A DNA stretch of 47,054 bases, filler included, from Streblomastix strix (lineage: Eukaryota): NCBI GenBank assembly GCA_008636045.1. It is 2 parts of 2 records of this genome, joined end to end, with 100 filler letters (N's around TTAATTAATTAA, not from the genome) between each part and the next. Parts side by side here need not be neighbours in the genome. Positions count along the whole stretch, not along the records: positions 1 to 23,479 come from SNRW01000281.1; 1 more part is not named here. One strand, 5' to 3'. Positions within the stretch are counted from its first letter, which is position 1, and each line of letters begins with the position of its first letter. The notes below the pieces were generated by a model that had not been told where the DNA came from, made no database searches, and was given only the letters and a program-made list of their open reading frames with translations. Of the stretch, positions 13,540-23,579 are shown piece by piece. A program made the position numbers and the translations under genes.

Positions 13540-13865
13540 CAAATATATTAATTATAGTGATTATATCTTATTCATTTAGTTTTACCTTTTAAATCTATCG
13601 AATAGCTGTATGTTATAATTCAGTGATTGTTTATCTAAATTATTTAGTAATTATATATTGCTTCTTTTTAAATAAACTTTGTTATTATCGAGCTTTATTT
13701 TTAGTTTTTTCTATTGTATTATATTTCTTAGGTCTACCACATTTAACACTTTCTTTTCTTTCATACTTACGTTTCGGAGTAATTATATTATTAACAGCAA
13801 TCGAAGATTGGAGCTCTGATAAGTCATTGTTACATATTTATTTCGTTTACTTGTTCCATTTTCAT
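13540..13865 (-). pseudogene. Small basic AT-hook-like DNA-binding protein (viral)
   Basis: Minus strand reads ITPKRKYERKESVKCGRPKKYNTIEKTKNKARQQQ, with GRPKK at ~13724-13738. Boundaries approximate. Confidence 0.4.
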
Positions 13866-13889
13866 TTGATAAAAAAGTCTATTTATATT

Positions 13890-14920
13890 TAATATCTAAA
13901 TTTATTATATCATCACGTACCTTCTTAGCGAAATAAATAGGTATTTCAGCTTATTATATATCTTTATAATGTTTCATTAATAAACGTGTTAAATTCCCAT
14001 GCTAATACTTTTCGAATATTGCCAACTCATTAAACTATCTACGCTGTTTTTTAAATTAAAGTGATGTCTTAGATAAATCAAGATAAATCAATATGCCGTT
14101 TCGTTTCGTTAGTTTTATTAATTAATTCTATGATTATTTAATAGTATCTAATTTCCTTATCTATTATCGTATATATTTACCTTCCAAATCTTCATTCTAA
14201 TTAACCTATGTTGGGTTGTATTTTAAATCAAACGCTTTATGAGGTTTATAATTATAATATTTAACTACTTATTATATTAACTTTGGATTAATCATATCTT
14301 ATCCAATAAATGTATCTCTAATGGTACGGATAACTCTATCAACAATTTTATTTTTATTAGTAAATTTTGCTTTACTCATGTAATATTATATATGAAGAGA
14401 TGATAAGAAATTTTATACCATTTTACTATCAATAGCACATTCACCATCAGATTTTTGATTAGTTACATGTTAATATTTGATTAATTAATCAAGATACCTT
14501 AATATTTCTTCTTATATTTTATATTTACTCTCATAAACAATTAAAAATTTTGAATTGATATTAATACAAAATAAAAAATCTTGGTTATCAACAAATTTTA
14601 TATCTATCTCCCATGATCCTAGTGATTTAATGAAATAAGGTCTTTAGAATTACTTTAACGGTTTTAACCTCCAATCTTATATCATATTCTATTTTTCGAA
14701 TGGATTTTCAAAATCATAGACCATATCTTATTAATCTTCATCAATTGTTTTCTATTATCGCTTTACGCTAGGTATAAATTTTTATTTTAATTTTCCTTTG
14801 GATTAGTAATGTGATATTAATTGAATTTATCAATGTATTATTTATATAATTCTGCTATTGTTTTAATATATTTTACTTTAGAACCAAAACCTGATTCTGT
14901 GAATTATTTTTGTCAGTCAT
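13890..14920 (-). pseudogene. Retroviral-type (RVE) integrase of Polinton type, D-D35-D triad
   Basis: GSWEIDIKF..FLFCININSKF (D at 14602-14604), SDGE (D at 14446-14448), KNKIVDRVIRTIRD (D at 14338-14340), YYNNKPHKAF..P. The catalytic core is in one frame; frameshifts lie outside it. Confidence 0.85.
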
Positions 14921-15239
14921 ATAAATTAAAATTAGTTTTAAATTAATGGTTCAAACTATTTACAAATTCTTTCAAACTTAATTTATTTATTTCCCATGCC
15001 TTATCATTAATAAATTTTTTCATTTCAATTCAAAAATAATTAATCATTTACAATGTATATCACTCAAACAGGCGTATTAGATAGCGAAGTTGAATATCTT
15101 TTCGAATAGTTCATGTCAATTAATCTCGATTGATTCAAGAGCATTAATTATAGTCTAATTGAAGATTTCGATATTCAACACATTAAATCATTGAATTTAT
15201 TACAACTATAATAGTAAATTGTTATATATGTCCATAAAC

Positions 15240-17036
15240 TAATTAGGTATTCTTCTTCCAAAATTATCGTACAATTTTAATATAAAAAAATCTATTCAAA
15301 CCCATTAATCCAGTCTATGATAGCATATTCTAACCCCATAGATCAGGTGCTCCTATTAGATTCTATTTATAGCACACATTTGAAAATCCTATATTGTTAA
15401 TCATTTACATTATTGATCCTTACATCTAATTATCAACATATATAATTAACATCTATTGAAACTCTAAAAAATTACCGATATAAGGGCAAAAGATAGATAT
15501 ATCCGATAATAATGACTATTAATTGCATTTAGTTTTATAGAACCAATCTTATAGGTCAAATATTATTTCGTTAGAGGTAATATTTGCCAATTGATTAGTG
15601 TTATTTTAGTTATTACCATCATATAAATCTAATCCACCTGTTAATTGTATATATAAGTTATTTAATAATACTATTCTATTCACATACCAATTTTAATGTG
15701 ATTTGCTGTTATATTCATTAATTTCAGATGGTACGTAATGTCTATATTAATTAAATAGTTATATTTCTACATATATCCTTCCACTATTATTCATTTAACA
15801 CAGATAATGAACATATCATTCTAATGGGAAATGTATCAATACTATTACTAACTTATAATTTCATTAATGATTATACATTAATAGGGTCTACATCAGTTTC
15901 AATTAAATTTCTATTAGTTAAATTTATCTATTTACCATAATTATACCTTATATTAAAGTTATTGGACTAATAACTGCCCTATAGCGGTTCGATGGATGTT
16001 GTAAAGTTATTAGCTGTAGGTTCATATATTTTTATTAGATCAATACATCGATAAGTTATAGATAAATCAGGATCAAATATCCAATATTGAGATAAAAAAG
16101 CGTCAAAACGTAAATTTATACAGTTTAATGCTGAACTACATATATCTGTTCCATTATTTATTTTTAAACTGTATATATTATTCTATTAATTTTATGTATG
16201 TTCATTTACACCGTTATTGAAACAGATAGAATTGGAGTTAGTACTGTTGAACAGTTCAAAATTCTATTCTTGTGGATTAATGAACTCATTAAAATCAGTT
16301 TGTTTCAAAGCAGTAATCAATGGATTACAATGTATTGTAAACGCGTGAAAATTGTAAACGCGTGAATAGTAAAATTTTATTTTGAATAATCTTATGAAAA
16401 TTATCTTGGATTACACTATTTCAATAAATTAATTCAAAAAATGCACATATTAATAAATTTTACACCTCAAAAAAAATTTTTTTTTAAATTTTAGTTTGTA
16501 AATATAAAATTTTTTATTTTAAATATATATAAAAGCTTAAAGAAGTTAAACTTTTAGCAATTAAAATATAATTAAAATCCATTTTTCATGAATTTTAATT
16601 TATTTTTTATTTTTGAGAAATTTTATATTGAATTAATGTATATTATGACAATTTTTAGAAAATAATTTGAAATTTATTTTTATTATTCACGTGTTTACAA
16701 TTTTCACGTGTTTACAAACTATTGTATTAATTTTGAACTATTTATTTGAATCTAGTGAATACATATTATTTATTATAGTTTTCATTTTAATTCTAATAGA
16801 TAGAAGATATTCAATATATTATAGTTTAAATGTTTCATTTGAATTCTTAACTTTAATGCTAGTAGATTATGTCTTAGTTCAATATATTCATCGTCAATGA
16901 AGAAGCATAGATTTAAAGGTATATTGTTCATACTACTAATTTAGAATTATTTATATCCTGTTGGAGCTTAAGTTATCCATTCAACGTTGTCTTTTTCGCT
17001 GTCATTGTTAATTATTTACAATCTTATTTAAGCCAT
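15240..17036 (-). pseudogene. Beta-rich viral hypothetical protein (possible minor capsid/penton), interrupted by a MITE
   Basis: ATG 17036 (MAQIRLQIINNDSEKDNVEWITQAPTGYKQFQISSMNNIPLNLCFFIDDEYIE). The frame is rejoined when the MITE is removed. The penton label rests only on size, composition and context; the 3' end is approximate. Confidence 0.4.
16328..16724. mobile_element. ~397-bp MITE, Tc1/mariner-like (TA target duplication), TIRs with an internal 17-bp tandem repeat
   Basis: TA|caatgtattgtaaacgcgtgaaaattgtaaacgcgtgaata ... tattcacgtgtttacaattttcacgtgtttacaaactattg|TA. The interior is extremely AT-rich and non-coding. The reconstructed empty site restores SNKQFKINNPLITALKQTD. Confidence 0.85.
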
Positions 17037-17057
17037 TTGTTCAATGCATAATTAAAT

Positions 17058-17890
17058 TCAATGAATTGACGTTTCTTTAACAGATTTTTTGATAAATTCC
17101 ATTACTTTATTTTCATTTTAATCATTTGGAATAATAAATTTATGCTTTTTCATTTTGATATCTCTATCGTTTAACTTCTTTTTAACCTCATAATTAATTG
17201 TATTAGCTATTGGTAAATCATTAATGAATAGAGTTGATGTTTTAATTAAAGACGGTTAATTCTTTAAACTATTTATATATATAATCTATGTATTTTGAAT
17301 TACTTTCCATCAATGTCATCGTTTTTTAGTTCAACTGAGTAAATATAATCGTATCATTTATTCTGTGGAACAAATCTAGGTTCTATATGTTATATTGTTT
17401 TACTATAATCAGTGTTTTTACTTTATAGTTATTCGATAATTCTATTAGTGCTATCTTCAAACGTTATATGTGTTAATTAGCATTTTTTGTTAATTGAATC
17501 AATTATATCAGTAAATACATCAAGATATTTTATACTAGTTTTCTAACGGATGATACTAACTAATCTAGAGTGCATATATGTTCTTCTTACTTCATTTGTA
17601 TATTCGTTGATTAATCGATAGTCAATTAGGGCTGGAACATTATCGTTCCGACCCCCCTAAACTCATTAAGTTTAGTGAAAATTGTTTTCTTATATCCTTT
17701 ATACAGCGATGATTATGTAATAGTTTTTAAATGTTTTCTTGCATTTTATTTTTTCATTAATAATTTGAACTAATTTGGTTGCATTAAAGTATCCATCTTA
17801 ATCTCGTATCATTATCTCAAATCCGTTATAAGATTCAATAGTGAAGGTTTCGTTATTGGATGTAATTATAGTTGCTGCTGGGTTTACCAT
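17058..17890 (-). pseudogene. KilA-N domain DNA-binding protein (viral)
   Basis: SYNGFEIMIRDQDGYFNATKLV..RRTYMHSRLV matches the KilA-N signatures (DGYxNAT and TYxH). The C-terminal half has an in-frame TGA and a frameshift. Confidence 0.8.
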
Positions 17891-18599
17891 TTAATCTAAT
17901 GATAAAACAATAAAAAATGAAAAATAAATGATTTTCAATTGGATATTTCAATGAGTCCGAGAGAATTAGCTCGGGTTAATCTGTTGGATAATATCAGATT
18001 ATAGGTTTCAAATCTTTAATAGTTTCATCAATATACTAATATCTTATTTTCTCTAATTTCATAACAATTCTTTACTTTATTATTTCATTATTTTTCTTTG
18101 CCTTTTCTCTTAATTAATCTTGTTAATCAATCAATGATTATATCGTTTATAATTGTTAATAATGTGTATTATTTAATTGTTAATTTTCTGATGCAATTTA
18201 AGTTATTTACATTAAGTTAAGAATAAACAAGGTCAATTTAACAACTATTCGAAATATTACTATTCTTCTTTCTATTGTTATTCAATCTACTATTATTCTT
18301 CTTGAATTAATTTCTTTAATTATATATTCTATATTTTATTGTTCTCATTAACTGGATAGTTATATTGATATAAACCATATTACTTAAGCTATTTATAATA
18401 CTTTGATTTCCCGTTTTTTTTGACTCAGTTAACCAATAGAATTTTTTATTGTATAATCTTTGATCATTAAACTTATACTGGTTAAAGGATTCAATAACCT
18501 TACCATTAATCTTGATATTATCTTATAGTTAGTGGAATTTTGTTTTATCTTTTTCTGAATATGATATTTATGAAAATAGTAAAATTTAAAATAATTTTA

Positions 18600-18881
18600 T
18601 CATTATTTAGGACTATTAGTATGTCTATCTACATCACTTGCGATTCTTGCCCCTGCACTCATAGCTGATCCAATCGCTGGATTTATGGTACTAACTGGTG
18701 CAACTAATGTACTTAGAACTTTATTCAATGTTGGAGCAACCCAATGAGCTGCTTTCTTCATGTCCCTAATATTTTACTACAGATATTCTTAAGTCCACTC
18801 CAAAAAGTCATATTTTAAATTAAAATTATTTAAGTTAGTCTATTAGAGTTTAATAACAGGTTTTTTTAATCTAAATGTCAT
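18600..18881 (-). pseudogene. Small protein with amphipathic helix (candidate membrane-lytic/core protein), one frameshift
   Basis: MTFRLKKPVIKLQQTNLNNFNLKYDFLSGLKNICSKILG/DMKKAAHWVAPTLNKVLSTLVAPVSTINPAIGSAMSAGARIASDVDRHTNSPKQ*. Confidence 0.55.
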
Positions 18882-18964
18882 TTACATCATGAAATTATTT
18901 GAAACGATTCACGTCAGCGTAACATTCAGATTATATTAATTCATATTCATAGTTCTAAGAATTA

Positions 18965-20841
18965 ATGCAGACTTAAACTATCATTCCACAATCTTTTAAT
19001 ATATCTAAATAATAATTCGTTGATCAATCTATAATTTAACTTACAAATGATGGGGCCCATTATACTGGAGCTCCATTAGCTACACGTGGAACTGCAACAT
19101 GTTCATGTATTTAAACATTTTAAATCAGTTGGTAAATATAGATACCAGCTAATACATTAGTGATATAGATTAATTGAATATAATCTGATGGAGCTGCAGG
19201 TTAAGTGTAAAATAGATAGGTGTCTAATTATTATGCTATTAATACAGGTAATTGGCTTATAGCATAAGTTGTAACAATGTAATCAGGTGCTAAAGCTGAA
19301 ACTATGTAACTATATATAGTACAGATGAACACATTAAATTTTGTTTAGGATTCTCAACAGCTTGTGGACATTATAGTTAGATAGCTATAAATAAAGATTC
19401 ATAAAAATTATGGGATACTTCAATATACGCTAGAGAATATGCAATAATTGCATCAAACTTATTGACTGATTAATGTATCTGTAATTCTGTATCAGTTTCA
19501 CTGCTTGAAAGTATCGTATAATGTAAATGTCATTGTGGAGTATTTATTGAAATACCTGTATCTGATATTAGTGTTGTAAATGCTTTTAATTATCTAATTC
19601 CATATGATATAGTATTTTGTCGAGTAATGTATTTGAACTAATTGAATCCTATATTTAATAGTTTTCCTGTATTTACTAGAAACTATGCGTCATTGTATAT
19701 ATAATTATGTATGTAAGATTTCTTATAAGATTTGAAGGTTGTATGGTTAAATAAGTATAATCCACAGTTAAATGCATATCTAGCTTATGCAATGATACCT
19801 CCTAAGAAACATGATATAATTTGCTTAAGATATAAAGCAGTTACTGTTTCAACGTATGAAAGATACGCTATTCGATTGATTAATATGGAAGGTAAACCTA
19901 ATACAGAAAATGGACCATCAGCTACAATAAGTTAAATTAAAAATGCTAAATTCACTGAATTGTATATAATAATAATCTATGTTTAAATATGGAAAATGAA
20001 GGACTAATAATTGATATGATTCGAAACTAAAGGATTATTAACTTTACAATATCAGTTTTACATACTTAATTATCTAATTTTCCTGCTAGTAATATTGGTG
20101 ATGGATGTTATTTTATTTAAACAATAATGCAATTCGCTAACATTAAATCGATGTCTGTTACTTTCGCTATGCCTTAATATCCTATATAGTTCTTTCCTGT
20201 TTTATTCAAAAATATAGGTTTGATTATAGATTAACGTTATGTAATTTCTAGTGATTATCTTACACTAACATAAGATATCTATGGTTAAATGTTTGATAGA
20301 TTCGTTCGTTAAGATGCCGTTATCGCTTAATCCGATTTAGATCATTCATTAGTGTTTGAAAATTAATCTATAGATGATAAAAATCATCTTTATGGAATTG
20401 AATCAGGAATTGGCTAAGTGTTTGAGAATGTGTTTTATCTTACTACCTTGTGGTAGGAGACTAAAGCAATTAATGTATTCTATCCTAATAAGTTTATATT
20501 AGGATGGAAATTAGTTACTAATGATTCATTCCTGCGAGGATAAAATTTTTCAAAAAAAAATAGGAGCAAGAATTAATATATAAGGATAAATCGGAGTTAC
20601 ACATGTAGATGATATTTGTACTGATGATGCTATAAGATTTGTTTTTATTGATTAAAATGATTTTAAACATTTTACCTCAAATAAACGTTATCCCAATATT
20701 AAGAATGTAAAATTAACACTATTGACTCACTATCTATGTGAAGGAATTGTTCAAATAATGTTTGATGATAATCCTGATCGATAAGTTCTATCGTTAGAGG
20801 TTATCTGTGAGATAGGTAGAAGTGCTATTAGAATTGTTTGA
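18965..20841 (+). pseudogene. Candidate major capsid protein (double jelly-roll), disrupted
   Basis: ~620 codons, with no low-complexity tracts and a beta-strand-like pattern (FPVFTRNYASLYIQL; PNKFILGWKLVTNDSFLRGQN; HYLCEGIVQIMFD). It lies between the amphipathic ORF and the fibre gene. Several frameshifts; TGA at 19175. The fold is inferred, not demonstrated. Confidence 0.55.
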
Positions 20842-20869
20842 ATACACTTATTATTTTTATCTTTAACAA

Positions 20870-21473
20870 ATGGATCCAATATAAAAAAAAGAAACTATTC
20901 AAAAAATTAACGTCAAAGATAATCAAGGATAAATTTCAAGTTATAATGCTTCTGGAATAGCTTGAAAGAATGATGAGAAGACTATTATACAATAAAGATA
21001 TATGTAATCTTTTATACTATGAGTTAGTTAATCTTTGATATAATTTTGATAATCATACTGAAATGATATAAACATTTAAAAGATAAAACGATAATGAATA
21101 ATATATGAATAAACTATACAATGATAATACCCATGAAATTGAGTGAATATATAATAAAAGAAAGGAAGAGATAAACATTAATCCAAAAATAATCAAGATT
21201 AAATAGTACCTATTAATGGATGCAACTAACGATGATAAACAGATATATAATTAGTTTGTATCATAATAAACCATAAGTTATTTTACAGTTACTATCAATT
21301 AAATTCAATCTTTTAGTTGGAATCAATTATGAAAGAATAGTAAGATAGTTAATGTAGTTGATTAATTAATTACATTTATCTTAGAGTATTAATTCAGTGC
21401 TATCAAATAGGCTATCTTTAATACATTAGTAATAACTCTGTTACTGGCATCCTTGATGCTATTATTTTTGTGA
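20870..21473 (+). pseudogene. Degenerate hypothetical viral ORF
   Basis: ATG 20870 (MDPIQKK..LFKKLTSKIIKDKFQVIMLLEQLERMM). Helical and charged, with three in-frame TGAs. Confidence 0.35.
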
Positions 21474-21605
21474 AATTTCATCTTTAATTTGTTTAATTAA
21501 TGCTTCAAAGATATGATATATTTCATTATCCGATGCGTTTATCTTTCTACCTAATTACTAAGCTATTATAAACAATTAATCCATTTAATAGAAAAATAAT
21601 ATTGT

Positions 21606-23479
21606 TCATTGGCTAACATTGGAAAATAATACTGTTCTAGCATTCCAGTATAGATTCTATCCATTAGCATATAAACCACCTGTATTAGTTGAATTAATAT
21701 CCCATTATACAGCTTTACCTTTTGAATAAGTTATTGACGAATCTCCATTATTTTATACATCTGTTCCTGAAATAACTGCTCCATTGAACGTTAATGTATT
21801 TCCATCAGCGGATATCATTAGTACTTAGTTATCTTGAAGAAATTATTCTCCAACTTCAACTCTTAATTCACCAGTAGGAGTACTTACTATGCTCCTCTAA
21901 CTTGATATTGTTCCGGCAGTTTAATTCGGATTATATCCTAGAAAAATTCTACTATAGTTACTAATGGAAGAACATGATATTCTTAATCCTTCATTAAAAC
22001 TACTACCAGTTGGATTAATTTATGTTGCACTACAAATAACTCAAGCAAATATTTTATTCTAGAAATTGATTAATCAGTTTTAACATCTACAAATTCATTA
22101 TTATTAAATGTTATTTTTGAACTATCACTACTAATACTTAAACCAACACAATGGTCAGCTTATCGCAAAGATGATGGATTTATTGTTATTGCTTTATCAC
22201 TTGTTTTACTTATATCCCATTGTCCTGATTGAGTATTATTTGTCGCCGTATTAAAACATTCTAAACATAATGATGATGATTCAACATTGTAATTTCCATT
22301 TTAAATATTATTATTATATGAAGTATAATTTAGACCAATTGTATTAACTTTTAACAAATTGTTTATTATTCCACCATCTCCTAAATTATATGAAATTGAT
22401 ATTTATATTTATCTGCCACTAACTGATGCAACAATATCTTATGTGAGAATCACGGTAATTCGATTAATCCAGAATGAGCTTTAATTACTAACAGTAACGG
22501 TTACATTCCCACTACCAGACATCATATGTATCCAAACAATTTATTCAACAGTGGAATATGAACCAGTATGAGTATATAATAATTAATCAGCTCCATAACT
22601 AATATTATATGCTGGTGATTACTCATAAGATGGCACAGTAAATGCACTATATAGTAGTAATTTCATTAGCAATATAATTAAGTACAAAATCAACAGTTTA
22701 CATAGCATTCGTACAACAATACACCTAAAATGATATATAAAGTGCTCCAGTACTTGTTCTTTTTGGAAAAACACATAGTCTAATATATCCAACTGCTCCA
22801 CTAGAATATGTTCTAGAGAATTTACTATCTACTGTAGTTGAATTACTAATGGCGCATAATATTGTAGTTGCTAATTCCCCAGTTCTAATGAACTTAGTAG
22901 CAGTAATGTTACCATCATAAGTCAACTACTATGGATGTTAATGATCGTTTCTACAATAATAATCACTCGTATCATTAGATGCAGCTGATAAATGAACTAA
23001 TGGTATATTAGTTTCTGTTGGATCAACATTAAAGGTATGTTAATGTGTTGCACTAGCATATATATTAGCTGTACATGCAGTTCCAGTACGAGTATCTTTT
23101 TCATACCCCATTACTTAAATTTACATGATGTGTATGATCTGATCTAGCATAAGTATTGGCAACACCTTCTTCACCTGTAGCAGTATCTTTTGCTGATAAA
23201 ACAATAGAAACTTATAATGGATATTTATGATCTGATCTAGAATACTCATTACTTATACCTGTATTACTTGTTTCAAAAGATTCTTAACGTATTGAATCAC
23301 TAGCAGGTGTTACTTAATCCGCTACTATTTAATCTGTTTCATACCAACTTGTATCATATATCCATACTAATAAATCTTCAGCATTATAAGCGTAGTCACC
23401 TTTAGAAACATTTGACATAGCTAATATCTCATCATTAGTAGTAAAATAGCCCCTGAAATGAGTCTAACATGCAAAGTCA
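21606..23479 (-). pseudogene. Phage tail-fibre-like protein with four Y-x-R-x-D-H-x-H-P-type repeats (5' end lost in gap)
   Basis: HFRGYFTTNDEI..KGDYAY..WIYDTSW, then repeats YSRSDHKYP, YARSDHTHH, YASATHQHT and YCRNDHQHP, then YDGNITATKFIRTG and a G/S/T/N-rich beta region ending LYWNARTVLFSNVSQ*. Confidence 0.7.
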
Positions 23480-23579
23480 NNNNNNNNNNNNNNNNNNNNN
23501 NNNNNNNNNNNNNNNNNNNNNNNTTAATTAATTAANNNNNNNNNNNNNNNNNNNNNNNNNNNNNNNNNNNNNNNNNNNN
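23480..23579. other. Assembly gap / artificial linker (N44-TTAATTAATTAA-N44)
   Basis: Symmetric N runs around a standard six-frame-stop 12-mer. True adjacency of the two halves is not established. Confidence 0.95.

Larger units (their letters stand above)
7224..23479. mobile_element. Degenerate endogenous Polinton/Maverick-like DNA virus (left end uncertain, right end lost in the gap)
   Basis: Compact, intron-less gene cluster (pPolB, RVE integrase, KilA-N, candidate capsid and fibre genes) set among intron-rich host genes. Many frameshifts and in-frame TGAs. Confidence 0.85.

Noticed and set aside
16335..16368. Direct repeats as a CRISPR or iteron array
   Set aside because: Only two adjacent units with no spacers, mirrored 350 bp away; they are part of the MITE TIRs.
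23524..23535. Palindromic TTAATTAATTAA inside the N run as a biological site or element terminus
   Set aside because: It is a standard six-frame-stop linker placed symmetrically in Ns, so it is artificial.
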